From Treponematales bacterium (GTDB lineage: Bacteria; Spirochaetota; Spirochaetia; Treponematales; JBGSOB01): a DNA stretch of 64,000 nt. The notes beneath the pieces were generated by a model. It saw only the letters and a program-made list of their open reading frames with translations. It was not told where the DNA came from and searched no databases. The stretch spans positions 14,863 to 78,862 of the forward strand of contig JBGSOB010000123.1 in assembly GCA_041739325.1 (NCBI GenBank), given 5' to 3'. Made by a program: the position numbers and the translations under genes. Below, piece after piece: positions 25,837 to 36,175 of the stretch. The number at the start of each line of letters is the position of its first letter. Position 1 is the first letter of the stretch.

Positions 25837-27846
25837 ATGAGGCTATCCCCGCGTCCATCCCGCGCGACAGGCTCCCTAATTTTGGGCGTCGCCGCCATAG
25901 CGGCCGTTTTCTGCCTGTTCGGCAGTCTTTCCTGCGCTAAACCCGCCCCCAAGTCCCAGGACTTCACCTACGTTTACACGACAGACCCCGTGACCTTTAA
26001 CTACCTCACCGATTCGCGCCAAGTCAATTCCATGCACCTGGCCAACTTTATCGACGGCCTGATCGAGCATGACCGCTTTGCCGCCCTCCAGCCTTCCATG
26101 GCCACGAGTTGGAAGACAAACGATGACTTTACCGTTTGGACATTCAAGATCCGCAAGGGCGTCAAATGGGTTACCTCCGAGGGCGAAGAATACGCCGATG
26201 TAAAGGCCCAAGACTGGGTGACCGCCCTCAAATACGCCTTGGACAATAAGAGCCGCCTTGTCTACCTTATTGACGGTTTCATCAAGAACGCAGGCAGCTA
26301 CTATTCGGGCGAGATAAGCGACTTCAGCCAGGTTGGCGTAAAAGCCCTGGACGACTACACCCTGGAATACACCATGGAGCAGCCCATCCCCTACTTTGAC
26401 ACTATGACGACCTACCAGTGCTATTACCCGGTAAACGCCGAGTTCCTAGCCGCAAAGGGCGCGGAGTTCGCTAAGGTAGATAAAGACGCCATCCTCTACA
26501 ACGGCGCCTATCTCCTAGCCAACTACACCGCGAAGTCGGTTATCGAGTACGACGCCAACCCCAGCTACTGGGATAGGGACAAGGTGACTATCAAACACGT
26601 CAAGCGCGTTTATTTCGACTCCAAGGACCCGGATTCCCTCTTCAATAACTTCGACAACGGCACCTACGTGAGCGCCCCGGTCTATACCGACAACGAGGCT
26701 ATCTTTGCCCGCGCCCAAGAAAAGTACAAGGATGCCCTCTTCCGCTCGCGGCTTGACGGGACATCCTTCCTCTACGCCTTCAATTACGACCGCGAGAGCT
26801 TCGCCTCCCCCATAGACCCCAGCAAGGGCAAGAGCCCCAAGAGCGCCAAGGCGCGCTCCGACACCAAGCTGGCCATCATGAACAGGAACTTCCGCAAGGC
26901 CTTCTTCTTCGGGATGAACCGGCCGGCGATCCTTGCCCAGCGCAATGGGGAGGTGAACAAGTTTGCCGCCCTGCGCAACTCCTACACCTGCCCCGACCTC
27001 TCTGCGGACTCCAATGGCAAGGACTACGTCAAGTACGTGGAAGACGCCCTCAAGGCCCGCAACCCCAAGGATTTTGGGGCTGACTTACTCATCGACGACG
27101 GTCAAGACCCCTACTACAGCGAGGAAAAGGCTAAAGCCTACATGGCCGCCGCCAAGGCCGAGCTGAGCGCCGCCGGCGCTACCTTCCCCATCCAGATCGA
27201 TATCGCTACCAACGTCACCTATACCAAGGGCTTTAAGATGGACCAGTCCCTCAAGGAAGGCGTCGAGAGCCTCTTTGGAACGGACACTGTCCGCGTCAAC
27301 GTGGTTGAGATGGATTCCGACAACGCCGATGCCTCCACCTACATGGTGGAGACGGGCGCCCAGTCCAACTTCGACATCTCCAATTCCACCGGCTGGGGCC
27401 CGGACTACGGCGACCCCTACACCTTCCTGCAAACCCTCGTCCCGGTAGAGGGCGCCATGCTCATGTACATCGGCCTGGACCCGAGCGCCGAAGGCTCAGA
27501 TGGCCAGAGCGCCAAGGCTATCGGGCTTGAGGAGTACGGTCGCCTGGTTAAAGAAGCCAACGCCGAGTACAAGGATCACGCCAAGCGCCTGGCCCTCTTT
27601 GCCAAGGCGGAGGCCCTCATGCTCGACGAGGCTATCGGCATACCCTATATGTCTTTTGGCGGAAACTTTGCCGTCACCCGCGTTCAGCCCTATTCGGAGA
27701 TTCGCTCCGTCTACGGCAACGACGAGGAAAAACTCAAGGGCCGCGTGGTAACCGACCATGTCATTACCCTGGCCGAACGCGATAAGCTCAAGGCTCAGTG
27801 GGAGAAGGACAAGGCTGAGGCCTTTAAGAAGACCGGCAAGCGTTAA
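25837..27846 (+). CDS. oppA: Oligopeptide ABC transporter binding lipoprotein (AmiA/AliA-type)
   Basis: Lipobox GSLS-C; YVYTTDP, KIRKGVKWVTSEGEEYADVKAQD, GVKALDDYTLEY, LYNGAY, GWGPDYGDP. Confidence 0.93.
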   Translation: MRLSPRPSRATGSLILGVAAIAAVFCLFGSLSCAKPAPKSQDFTYVYTTDPVTFNYLTDSRQVNSMHLANFIDGLIEHDRFAALQPSMATSWKTNDDFTVWTFKIRKGVKWVTSEGEEYADVKAQDWVTALKYALDNKSRLVYLIDGFIKNAGSYYSGEISDFSQVGVKALDDYTLEYTMEQPIPYFDTMTTYQCYYPVNAEFLAAKGAEFAKVDKDAILYNGAYLLANYTAKSVIEYDANPSYWDRDKVTIKHVKRVYFDSKDPDSLFNNFDNGTYVSAPVYTDNEAIFARAQEKYKDALFRSRLDGTSFLYAFNYDRESFASPIDPSKGKSPKSAKARSDTKLAIMNRNFRKAFFFGMNRPAILAQRNGEVNKFAALRNSYTCPDLSADSNGKDYVKYVEDALKARNPKDFGADLLIDDGQDPYYSEEKAKAYMAAAKAELSAAGATFPIQIDIATNVTYTKGFKMDQSLKEGVESLFGTDTVRVNVVEMDSDNADASTYMVETGAQSNFDISNSTGWGPDYGDPYTFLQTLVPVEGAMLMYIGLDPSAEGSDGQSAKAIGLEEYGRLVKEANAEYKDHAKRLALFAKAEALMLDEAIGIPYMSFGGNFAVTRVQPYSEIRSVYGNDEEKLKGRVVTDHVITLAERDKLKAQWEKDKAEAFKKTGKR

Positions 27847-27865
27847 GGTAAGAATCTAGGATAGA

Positions 27866-27892
27866 CCCAAAGCCCGCCGTTCGGGCTTTGGG
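27866..27892 (+). promoter_or_regulatory. Intercistronic stem-loop after oppA
   Basis: CCCAAAGCCCG-N5-CGGGCTTTGGG perfect 11-bp stem; typical mRNA-stabilising or attenuating hairpin. Confidence 0.65.
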
Positions 27893-27917
27893 GTTTGTCC
27901 ATCAAGGTAGTGGGCGC

Positions 27918-29423
27918 ATGAAATTCTACATCTTGCGGAGGGTGCTCCAATCCTTCGTCTCCGTTTTTGTGGTAACGACAATCTGCTTTCTCTTAGTCTA
28001 TTCCTGCATACCCCGCAGGTTGGTTTTTAAGGGCGATCAAACCATAGCCAAGCTTGTAAACCAGCCCGACCTCTTGCAGGACTATCGCTATTCGGTCTGG
28101 GAAAGACTGGGCTATATCGATTACGTGACGCAGAAGGAATTTGCCGAGTCACGCTTGGGGCTCGGCTCGCCGGAGCTGCCCAGCCAGATGGTATCTGGAT
28201 CGGACCTTGCCAGCCAAATGCGCGCCCACTATCTTTCCAAGGGCTACCTGGTGGAAGAACAACCGAAAACCGGCTTCCTCTATGCCTATCGCGACATCCC
28301 CCTCATGAGCCGGGTTCTCTCCTGGTATTCGCGTCTTGTCTTTATTGACCACCCCGGGCGTATCCAAGACCCAGCCAACCCAGGGCTGCGGCGCGGCTAC
28401 TACATCACTCGCGACTATGCGGGTATGCCGGCTCTCGCCGCCTCCGGTACCCGCTATAAGTACCAGCTTTGGCTGGACGGTACCTTCCCCTTTTTACATT
28501 CGAATATTATTACCCTCAACTTCGGTATCTCCTACCCGGCCTATGATGGTCAGGAGGTTTTGCGCGTCATTGCCGGAGGGCAGGGGAGGACTGTCAAGCG
28601 CGAGGTTAGCGCGCGCGTGGGCGGGGAGGATAAGACATTCTTCACCTCCATCGACGAGCACAGCCTTGAGTATAAATACCTGCTCGAGCGGCTTGACCTC
28701 AATAAGTACGATGATCACTACGCCAAGGGGGAGAGCGTCTACGAAGCCCCCTCCATGTTCGGCATATCCTTTAGGATGGGCTCGGCCGCCGTTTTTTTGA
28801 GCCTGCTTATCGGCACTATCGCCGGGGTTATCGCCGCCATGCGCAAGGAAAAAATATTTGACAAGATAACCATGGGCTATGTCATCACCATCTCCGCCCT
28901 ACCCACCGTGCTCTATATCGCCATCTTCTCGCGCTTTGGCCGGGCCGTGCTCCACTTGCCGGATAAGTTTCCCTTCTTCGGGCCCAACAACTTAGTCTCT
29001 TGGATCTTGCCCGTCATATCACTCTCCTTAGCCGGGATCGCCTCCGAGGCGCTCTGGATACGCCGCTACATGGTAGACCAGATGAGCGCCGACTACGTTA
29101 AGTTCGCACGCTCCAAAGGCCTCTCCCAGACCGAGGTGTTTTTTAAGCATATTTTGCGCAACGCAATAATCCCCATCGTGCACGCCATTCCCGCGCAAGT
29201 GATAGGCACCTTAAGCGGCGCCATCATTACCGAGTCCTTCTACTCCGTGCCCGGCATGGGCAAGATGATCCCCGACTCCCTGGGCATGTACAACAACTCA
29301 ATGGTGATAGCCCTCACCTTCATCTTCTGCGTGGTTTCCATATCGGCGGTTTTTTTAGGAGACGTTTTAGTGACAATGGTTGACCCGCGCATAAGCCTGC
29401 GCGCCAGAAAGGAGGCTCGCTGA
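27918..29423 (+). CDS. oppB: Oligopeptide ABC permease (long AmiC-type)
   Basis: MKFYILRRVLQS, large extracytoplasmic loop, WIRRYMVDQMSADYVKFARSKGLS, GAIITE, PGMGK. Confidence 0.93.
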   Translation: MKFYILRRVLQSFVSVFVVTTICFLLVYSCIPRRLVFKGDQTIAKLVNQPDLLQDYRYSVWERLGYIDYVTQKEFAESRLGLGSPELPSQMVSGSDLASQMRAHYLSKGYLVEEQPKTGFLYAYRDIPLMSRVLSWYSRLVFIDHPGRIQDPANPGLRRGYYITRDYAGMPALAASGTRYKYQLWLDGTFPFLHSNIITLNFGISYPAYDGQEVLRVIAGGQGRTVKREVSARVGGEDKTFFTSIDEHSLEYKYLLERLDLNKYDDHYAKGESVYEAPSMFGISFRMGSAAVFLSLLIGTIAGVIAAMRKEKIFDKITMGYVITISALPTVLYIAIFSRFGRAVLHLPDKFPFFGPNNLVSWILPVISLSLAGIASEALWIRRYMVDQMSADYVKFARSKGLSQTEVFFKHILRNAIIPIVHAIPAQVIGTLSGAIITESFYSVPGMGKMIPDSLGMYNNSMVIALTFIFCVVSISAVFLGDVLVTMVDPRISLRARKEAR

Positions 29424-30346
29424 TGGCGGTCAACGCGAGTAAATTCGTTTTCGTAGAGCTTGACGAGTCTGCCTCGGAGCATATCGGCGGCCCGCGCTAT
29501 TCCTACTGGCGCTCGGTATTCCAAACCTTCTTCAAAAAGAAAACGGCAATTTTTTGGTTGGTCCTGACCATGGGTCTGACCCTCATGTCTTTTATCCAGC
29601 CCTTGGTTTCCGGCTATGACCCCGCCCAGGCCCCCAACATCAACAAGCCCGCCACCTGGTACCAGCGCCCCTCCCCGGCGCATTGGTTTGGTACCGACGA
29701 CCGCGGCAACGACCTCTGGGACGTGGTGTGGTCCGGCACGCGGACATCCCTCTCCATCGCCCTCATTTCGGCCGCCATCAATATCCTGGCCGGCGTCCTC
29801 TTCGGGGCCCTCTGGGGCTACTCAAAAAAACTTGACCCTATCTTCTTGGAGATCTACAACATCGTCTCCAACGTGCCGGGCATTCTGCGCATCATGATTC
29901 TGATGTATATCATCGGGCGTGGCTTCTGGCAGATGGTGGCCGCCATCACCCTGACCGGGTGGATGTCGGTGGCCTATTTTATCCGCACCCAGGTGATGAT
30001 CATTCGGGATAGGGAATACAACCTAGCCAGCCGCTGTGTGGGCACCCCGACGCGCCGCATGATCCTGCGCAATATTCTGCCCTTCATGGTTTCCGTCATC
30101 TGCACCCTTGTCTACCAGGAGATTCCGGGCAACATCAACGCTGAAACCATCATCTCTTACCTGGGTATCGGCCTGCCCTCCACCATCCCTTCCTTAGGCA
30201 GGATGATAGACGACTACTGGTCTTTTATTGACACCTATCCGCATATGATCATATTTCCGGCCGTGGTGATGGGCCTGATTACCATTTCCTTCTACGTTGT
30301 CGGGCAGAAGTTGGCGGACGCCTCGGATCCGCGTACCCACCAATAG
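29423..30346 (+). CDS. oppC: Oligopeptide ABC permease (AmiD-type)
   Basis: YSYWRSVF, HWFGTDDRG, RDREYNLASRCVG, LADASDPR. Confidence 0.93.
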   Translation: MAVNASKFVFVELDESASEHIGGPRYSYWRSVFQTFFKKKTAIFWLVLTMGLTLMSFIQPLVSGYDPAQAPNINKPATWYQRPSPAHWFGTDDRGNDLWDVVWSGTRTSLSIALISAAINILAGVLFGALWGYSKKLDPIFLEIYNIVSNVPGILRIMILMYIIGRGFWQMVAAITLTGWMSVAYFIRTQVMIIRDREYNLASRCVGTPTRRMILRNILPFMVSVICTLVYQEIPGNINAETIISYLGIGLPSTIPSLGRMIDDYWSFIDTYPHMIIFPAVVMGLITISFYVVGQKLADASDPRTHQ

Positions 30347-30351
30347 GGGGC

Positions 30352-31404
30352 ATGATGAGCGAGCAAGGAAAGGCGATTCTGTCCGTCAAAAATCTTGAAG
30401 TGCGCTTTAGGGTGCGCGGCCGGGAACTGACGGCTATCCGCGGCGTGTCGCTTGATGTCTACGAAGGCGAGACCCTGGCTATCGTGGGGGAGTCCGGCTC
30501 AGGCAAGTCTGTCCTCACTAAGAGCTTCACCGGAATGCTGGAAAGCAACGGCCGTATCCAAGCCGGCTCCATTGTTTTTGAGGGCCGCGACCTCGTGGGC
30601 ATTCACAAGGATTCCGAATGGGAGTCCATCCGCGGCTCAAAGATTTCCACCGTTTTTCAAGACCCCATGACATCGCTCAACCCCCTGCGTCGCATTGGGA
30701 GCCAGATCAGCGAAGTGCTGGAAAAGCACCAAGGCTTGTCAAAGAAAGAAGCCCATGGTCTTGCCTTGGAGCTCATGGCCAAGGTGGGGATCAAGGACGC
30801 GGCCAAGCGTTTCCGCGATTATCCCTTTCAATACTCAGGCGGAATGCGCCAGCGCATCGTCATTGCCATTGCCTTAGCCTGCCGCCCGCGCATCCTTATT
30901 TGCGACGAGCCAACTACCGCCCTCGACGTGACTATCCAAGCCCAAATCCTCGACCTCATCCGCGGTCTCCAGGCGGAGTATGGTTTTTCCACCATCTATA
31001 TAACCCATGACCTAGGGGTGGTAGCCAATGTAGCCGACAGGGTGGCGGTGATGTACGCCGGGCAGATCGTGGAGGAGGGCCTGGTGCGCGAGATTTTTTA
31101 CGACCCACGCCACCCCTATACCTGGGCCCTCCTATCCGCCTTGCCGATGCTTGCCGAGCGCGGCGAGCGCTTATTCGCCATTCCAGGCACCCCGCCCACA
31201 CTCTTCACGCCCATCAAGGGCGACGCCTTCGCTCCCAGGAACCGCTACGCCCTTGCCCTGGATTTTGAGGAAGAACCGCCCTTCTTTGAAGTAAGCCCAA
31301 GCCACCGCGCAAAAACATGGCTCCTTGACCCGCGCGCTCCCCAGGCGGAGCTTCCCTCCGCCGTGCGCGCCCTGCGCCGTCATGGCCAAGGAGGCCGCGC
31401 ATGA
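30352..31404 (+). CDS. oppD: Oligopeptide ABC ATPase (AmiE-type)
   Basis: [43 protein letters not shown]. Confidence 0.95.
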   Translation: MMSEQGKAILSVKNLEVRFRVRGRELTAIRGVSLDVYEGETLAIVGESGSGKSVLTKSFTGMLESNGRIQAGSIVFEGRDLVGIHKDSEWESIRGSKISTVFQDPMTSLNPLRRIGSQISEVLEKHQGLSKKEAHGLALELMAKVGIKDAAKRFRDYPFQYSGGMRQRIVIAIALACRPRILICDEPTTALDVTIQAQILDLIRGLQAEYGFSTIYITHDLGVVANVADRVAVMYAGQIVEEGLVREIFYDPRHPYTWALLSALPMLAERGERLFAIPGTPPTLFTPIKGDAFAPRNRYALALDFEEEPPFFEVSPSHRAKTWLLDPRAPQAELPSAVRALRRHGQGGRA

Positions 31405-32321
31405 GCCAAGCTATTTTGTCCGTCAAGAATCTGAGCGTAATCTTTAAAAACGGTAAGGAGCAGGTGAGGGCGGTGGATGATGTCTCCTTTGACGTCATGC
31501 CGGGTGAATCCTTCGCCCTGGTGGGCGAGTCCGGTTCCGGAAAAACGAGCATCGGCCGCGCCATCATCCGCATCAATGCCGCAAACGAAGGCGAGATCCT
31601 CTTCCGTGGAAAGCGCATCTGTGGCCCCTTGGACGCGGCGACGGACCGCGAGGTGATACGCAACATCCAGATGATCTTTCAGGACCCCATGGCCAGCCTC
31701 AACGAGAGGGCAACCGTTGACTACATCGTTTCCGAAGGCTTGTATAATTTCAAGCTCTTCACGGACGAAGCCGATCGGCGCGCCAAGGTTGACAGGGCGC
31801 TACGGGACGTTGGCCTCCTGCCCGAGCACGCCGAGCGCTACCCCCACGAATTCTCAGGCGGCCAGCGCCAGCGCATCGGCATAGCCAGAGTCTTGGCCAT
31901 GGACCCCTCCTTTGTGGTCGCCGATGAGCCCATATCGGCCCTCGACGTGTCTATCCGCGCCCAAGTGCTCAACCTCCTGCGGGACCTCCAAAAAGAGCGG
32001 GGACTCTCCTATCTTTTTATCGCCCATGATCTGACGGTCGTTCGCTATTTTGCAGACCGCATCGCGGTGATACACCAGGGGAAAATCAAGGAACTGGCAA
32101 GCTCCGACGAGCTCTTTGCGCGCCCCCTCCATGCCTACACCCGTAGCCTCCTTTCCGCCGTTCCCTTACCGGACCCCGATAGGGAGAGGGCAAAGACTCA
32201 CATCCCCTATGATCCCTCCCTCCATGACTACGGCCGTGACGCGCCTCTTTGGCGCGAGATCTTTCCCGGCCACTTCGTGCTGGCTAATGAGGCTGAAGCG
32301 AAGGCTATGCAAAGGGCTTGA
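31401..32321 (+). CDS. oppF: Oligopeptide ABC ATPase (AmiF-type)
   Basis: [42 protein letters not shown]. Confidence 0.95.
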   Translation: MSQAILSVKNLSVIFKNGKEQVRAVDDVSFDVMPGESFALVGESGSGKTSIGRAIIRINAANEGEILFRGKRICGPLDAATDREVIRNIQMIFQDPMASLNERATVDYIVSEGLYNFKLFTDEADRRAKVDRALRDVGLLPEHAERYPHEFSGGQRQRIGIARVLAMDPSFVVADEPISALDVSIRAQVLNLLRDLQKERGLSYLFIAHDLTVVRYFADRIAVIHQGKIKELASSDELFARPLHAYTRSLLSAVPLPDPDRERAKTHIPYDPSLHDYGRDAPLWREIFPGHFVLANEAEAKAMQRA

Positions 32322-32362
32322 ACTCCTGACATAAACCCAAGCTGCTGTGATATAGTTATGCT

Positions 32363-33217
32363 ATGAAGCGGATACTATTGGTTTTTATCCCCTATCTGTT
32401 TTGCCTCTCACTCTGGGCCCAAGACCCCGAAGCCGCAGCTGCGGATGCCCAGCCCGTTTCTACGCCCGCCCGCGGCTCTTCCCTCGGTGAAGTCTTACGC
32501 CGTATCGATATGCGCCCGACAGACCTCATCCTCAAGGACACGGTTTTAGTATTCCTTAACCTCGACAGAGAAAATCGCCTTATTTCCGCTCCTTCACCGG
32601 TTATCAATATGTTCGGTATTGGAACGGTATTTCCCATCCTGGGTGAATTTTCCTTGAGCCCCGCCCTGGATGTGTATTCCAGTTATTACGGCTGGACGGG
32701 AAGCCGCGCCCTCATGGTCTTGGATGAAAACCGCACGGCGACGGTCACGGGCTTTATTTTGAATATCCCCCTGAGCTACCGTATAGACTTCAATCCTGTT
32801 CACCGTCTGAGCCTGGGCGCCGGGCCGAGTCTTGTCATGCGCAGCGCGGCCCTCGCCAAGGCAGTGCCTGAGGATGAACAGCCTTCCATAGACGCTATAA
32901 ATGACTATCTTTGGGCCCAGGGTCGCTGGTTCTATCCGGAATTCTCCCTTGTCTATTCCTATGCCGCCGCTCCCTGGGTTCGCTTTGGCGCGGGTGTCCG
33001 CTGTCTCTTCCCCGTTTTTAATGGGTGGAGCGGTGAGTCCATTCCCTGGGCGGACAACATGATCGTGGGCGGGGGTATCTGGGTATCCTTCTCCAATTTC
33101 TGGCGCGAGCTTGATCTCAAGGCCCTCTTTAAGCCCAAGCCCAAGGTTGAGCGCCTCTCCCCGCGTGAGGAAGACCAGCTAGACGATGAAGCAGCCACAG
33201 AGGATGGGACCGAATAA
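32363..33217 (+). CDS. Exported hypothetical protein, probable beta-barrel outer-membrane protein
   Basis: Signal peptide ending SLWA; alternating hydrophobic strands. Confidence 0.65.
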   Translation: MKRILLVFIPYLFCLSLWAQDPEAAAADAQPVSTPARGSSLGEVLRRIDMRPTDLILKDTVLVFLNLDRENRLISAPSPVINMFGIGTVFPILGEFSLSPALDVYSSYYGWTGSRALMVLDENRTATVTGFILNIPLSYRIDFNPVHRLSLGAGPSLVMRSAALAKAVPEDEQPSIDAINDYLWAQGRWFYPEFSLVYSYAAAPWVRFGAGVRCLFPVFNGWSGESIPWADNMIVGGGIWVSFSNFWRELDLKALFKPKPKVERLSPREEDQLDDEAATEDGTE

Positions 33218-33223
33218 AAACAA

Positions 33224-33247
33224 GTGGAAAGGGATTGCCCTTTCCAC
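33224..33247. terminator. Hairpin between convergent genes
   Basis: GTGGAAAGGG-ATTG-CCCTTTCCAC. Confidence 0.7.
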
Positions 33248-33249
33248 GC

Positions 33250-33582
33250 CTATCCCGATGCCTGAGGCTCTGTAGTTCGCGACCCTGAGCCACTCTTGCC
33301 CAGGTAGCGTAGCTTGAGTTTGTCCAAGTCTTGGGCTAGCTGGTCATCCAAACCCGTCTCGCCTGAATCTACCATGCGGAAGAGCCCGATGGAAACGTTG
33401 AAGGCGCATTCCAGGGCCCGCGCCAAGTCTTCTCCCTTGCGCTCCCGCACCTGGTTGGGGACGCAGATCTTGAGAAAGGCGCTTAAGTTATTCAGTATAC
33501 CGTCAATCTCCAGCTGCGTAGCCGGGCTCTGCGGCCCCAAGGCTTCTATGCATGCGTTAAGCTCTTCCTGGGATTCAAGCAT
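33250..33582 (-). CDS. Hypothetical helical protein (about 110 aa)
   Basis: GGAGG RBS 6 nt before ATG 33582; ends at a shared hairpin. Confidence 0.55.
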   Translation of the reverse strand: MLESQEELNACIEALGPQSPATQLEIDGILNNLSAFLKICVPNQVRERKGEDLARALECAFNVSIGLFRMVDSGETGLDDQLAQDLDKLKLRYLGKSGSGSRTTEPQASG

Positions 33583-33740
33583 TGTCATCCTCCGCGTAGG
33601 TCTTGCCTTGATTCTAATCCGCATCGTGGCCCGAGGCAAGTCTCCGTGCCAAAAGTTGAGCGTAGCTTGCAAAGAAGTGGAATTAAATCATTTACTGTGA
33701 TAGCCTAATCGTGAAAATTCTATTTCTTAAAGAGGTTTGT

Positions 33741-34673
33741 ATGAAAAGATTCGCTCTCTCGTTCAACTCATGCTTTGCAGCCCCACTTATCCTTGTCCTA
33801 GCCCTTTCATCCTGCACTACCATGCTCAACCAGGGCATGTCGGGCTTTGAAGGACCTCTTTTACCCCCCTACCAAACGGACGCAGACAAGCCCTTAAGCC
33901 TTGCCTTGGGGGCTAAGGCCGGGGGCGGTTACAATATGGCCCTGTTTTTCCCCTTTATTGCGGGTTTTTCGCAAGCCGCCTACGCCGAAGCTGGGGCAAT
34001 CCTTCAATGGCAAGCAGCACAGGGCGCCGGTTTTTGCGGCTCGGTTTCCGCAAGCGCCTGGTTGGGCGGGGTTTATGACAGCGGCCTGGACTATGTGAAC
34101 GAGGAAACCGGTGAGCACATCATCAACCAGGATTGGGCCGCGGAGCCCGATCCTATCTTTTATGGATGGACGGGGGCGGCCCGTATCGGTTATGCGCGGT
34201 CTATCGGTTCCAAAGACTATTACACCCCATCGATCGCCTTTCGCTACTCGTGGGAAGAAGGCCCCTACTATCAAAAACGTCTTGCCCTGGCTCAGCTCGT
34301 TAATGAGTATGGGCTTGTGGAATTCTTCAATCCAAAACCCTTGCCCTATGCCTGGGTCTTTAGCGTAGCCCCGGCTGATTTTAGCCTCAACGGGGCCTGG
34401 GGCCGTATACGAGGCTCCTGGGAATTTGGCTGGTCTGATTTATGGTTAAATATGATTTGTGTTCTAAATGAGGAGAGGGTCGTGGATGAATCCACCCCGC
34501 TTGAACACGTTCAAAGCTTCGGAGTATTGGTCCTGCCTACGAATCAGGAGATACGCTTAAGCTATCAGTTGCCAAAGAGCGGTATGTATATCGGAGGCTC
34601 TCTCGTTGTCAATCGCGTTTACTTTTTTAGTGTAGTGGAAGGAGTCAATCTCGGAATAGGTTGGGTCTTTTAA
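33741..34673 (+). CDS. Hypothetical lipoprotein with beta-strand-rich body
   Basis: GAGG RBS, lipobox LALSS-C, C-terminus GVNLGIGWVF. Confidence 0.65.
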   Translation: MKRFALSFNSCFAAPLILVLALSSCTTMLNQGMSGFEGPLLPPYQTDADKPLSLALGAKAGGGYNMALFFPFIAGFSQAAYAEAGAILQWQAAQGAGFCGSVSASAWLGGVYDSGLDYVNEETGEHIINQDWAAEPDPIFYGWTGAARIGYARSIGSKDYYTPSIAFRYSWEEGPYYQKRLALAQLVNEYGLVEFFNPKPLPYAWVFSVAPADFSLNGAWGRIRGSWEFGWSDLWLNMICVLNEERVVDESTPLEHVQSFGVLVLPTNQEIRLSYQLPKSGMYIGGSLVVNRVYFFSVVEGVNLGIGWVF

Positions 34674-34716
34674 GACGGCTTGCGGTATCCCCCTTAGGCC
34701 ATGCTAAAATGGGTCA

Positions 34717-35235
34717 ATGGAAGATATCCTCTCTATCATGGAAAACCGGGTAAGCGTTCGCGCCTTTATGCCCGAGCGCCTAAAGCCCGAAGTATGGGAG
34801 CGCCTCATGCGGGCCGCCATGTCCGCCCCCTCGGCAGTGAACAAACAACCCTGGGAATTCATCATTATCGAGAATAGGAAGACGCTCAAGGCCCTCGCCT
34901 CGGCCCTTCCCTATGCCAAGATGACGGCAGAGGCTGGTGGAGCCCTTCTTGCCTGCGCCCTGCCGGCGAAGGCCTACGAGGGGAAAACCGCCTTTGCCAT
35001 TATAGACGTGAGCCTTGCATGTCAAAATTTTCTTCTCGCCGCCCAGGCAGAGAGTTTGGGCGCCGTCTGGACCGCCCTCTACCCGGAGCCTGAGAGGGAA
35101 GCCGCCGTGCGTTCCCTGCTGGGAATCCCAGAAAACGTCATCCCCCTTGCCCTCATCCCGGTGGGCATCCCAGATGAACACCCTGCGCCCAAACATAAAT
35201 ATGACCCAGCAAAAATTCACCGGGATCGCTGGTAA
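34717..35235 (+). CDS. Nitroreductase-family protein
   Basis: RVSVRAF, APSAVNKQPWEF, QNFLLAA..LGAVW, IPVG. Confidence 0.93.
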   Translation: MEDILSIMENRVSVRAFMPERLKPEVWERLMRAAMSAPSAVNKQPWEFIIIENRKTLKALASALPYAKMTAEAGGALLACALPAKAYEGKTAFAIIDVSLACQNFLLAAQAESLGAVWTALYPEPEREAAVRSLLGIPENVIPLALIPVGIPDEHPAPKHKYDPAKIHRDRW

Positions 35236-35443
35236 AAAATGATTCCAGGGCGCTTTCTGGACGTTCTGCTTCTCTGAGCCTGCCCTCCAAGGAAGAACCG
35301 CGCCCTCTTTAGGTTGCTAGGAGCCGAAGGCTCCCTCCTAAGCGTAGCGAACCTTGCATGTGGGTAAGGAAAAAAATGATTCCAGGGCGCTTTCTGGACG
35401 TTCTGCCTCTCTGAGCCTGCCCTCTAAGGAAGAACCGCGCCCT
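35234..35443. repeat. Two 73-bp direct repeats (35234-35306 and 35371-35443)
   Basis: AAAAAATGATTCCAGGGCGC...GAACCGCGCCCT, 2 mismatches by eye. Confidence 0.9.
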
Positions 35444-35468
35444 GGAATCATTTTTTTCCTTACCCACA
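35359..35468. repeat. 110-bp MITE/REP-like element with perfect 32-bp terminal inverted repeats
   Basis: TGTGGGTAAGGAAAAAAATGATTCCAGGGCGC (35359-35390) is the reverse complement of 35437-35468. Confidence 0.8.
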
Positions 35469-35515
35469 ACAGTATATTTCACCTACGCTCATGAGGGGGT
35501 CTTCGCTCCCTTCCC

Positions 35516-35544
35516 TTGACATGAGAGGGTTTTTTGCGTATTGT
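35516..35544 (+). promoter_or_regulatory. sigma70 promoter of the tRNA cluster
   Basis: TTGACA-N17-TATTGT, followed by a GC-containing discriminator. Confidence 0.75.
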
Positions 35545-35560
35545 AGGCTCCCGTAGTTCT

Positions 35561-35647
35561 GGAGCGGTGTCTGAGTGGTTTAAAGAGGCGGTCTTGAAAA
35601 CCGTTGAACCCGCGAGGGTTCCGGGGGTTCGAATCCCCCCTGCTCCG
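35561..35647 (+). tRNA. tRNA-Ser(TGA)
   Basis: Acceptor GGAGCGG/CTGCTCC, anticodon loop CT-TGA-AA, long variable arm, GGTTCGAATCC; CCA not encoded. Confidence 0.95.
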
Positions 35648-35664
35648 AAGCCATTAAGTTTATT

Positions 35665-35752
<88 letters not shown>

Positions 35753-35790
35753 TATCCGCCTTTTCGAGGCGGGCAAAGTAATGTGATTTT

Positions 35791-35864
35791 GAGGTTGTAG
35801 CTCAGCTGGATAGAGTACCAGATTGCGGATCTGGTGGTCGGAGGTTCGAATCCTCTCAGCCTCA
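35791..35864 (+). tRNA. tRNA-Arg(GCG)
   Basis: GAGGTTG/CAGCCTC acceptor, CCAGA-TT-GCG-GA-TCTGG anticodon arm. Confidence 0.93.
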
Positions 35865-35869
35865 GTTTT

Positions 35870-35956
35870 GGAGAGATGCGAGAGCGGCTGAATCGGGCGG
35901 TCTCGAAAACCGTTGAACCCGCGAGGGTTCCGGGGGTTCGAATCCCCCTCTCTCCG
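35870..35956 (+). tRNA. tRNA-Ser(CGA)
   Basis: GGAGAGA/TCTCTCC acceptor, loop CT-CGA-AA, long variable arm. Confidence 0.95.
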
Positions 35957-36089
35957 TAGGGCTTGCATAAAGCCTATGGACTTTCAGCCGTATTGACGGT
36001 CGGGGATTCGAACCACGGTTCTACGAACCGTCGATCTACGTCAACCCGAAGAATGGCCATCTTAGGTAAAAAATGCCTTGTTTTGTATT

Positions 36090-36175
36090 GGAGAGATGTC
36101 CGAGTGGTCGAAGGTGTACGATTGGAAGTCGTATGTGCCCAAAAGGCACCGAGGGTTCGAATCCCTCTCTCTCCG
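36090..36175 (+). tRNA. tRNA-Ser(GGA)
   Basis: GGAGAGA/TCTCTCC acceptor, TACGA-TT-GGA-AG-TCGTA anticodon arm. Confidence 0.95.

Noticed and set aside
35995-36014. Minus-strand tRNA suggested by GGTTCGAATCCCC
   Set aside because: No D-arm, anticodon arm or acceptor pairing; treated as an anti-T-arm repeat instead
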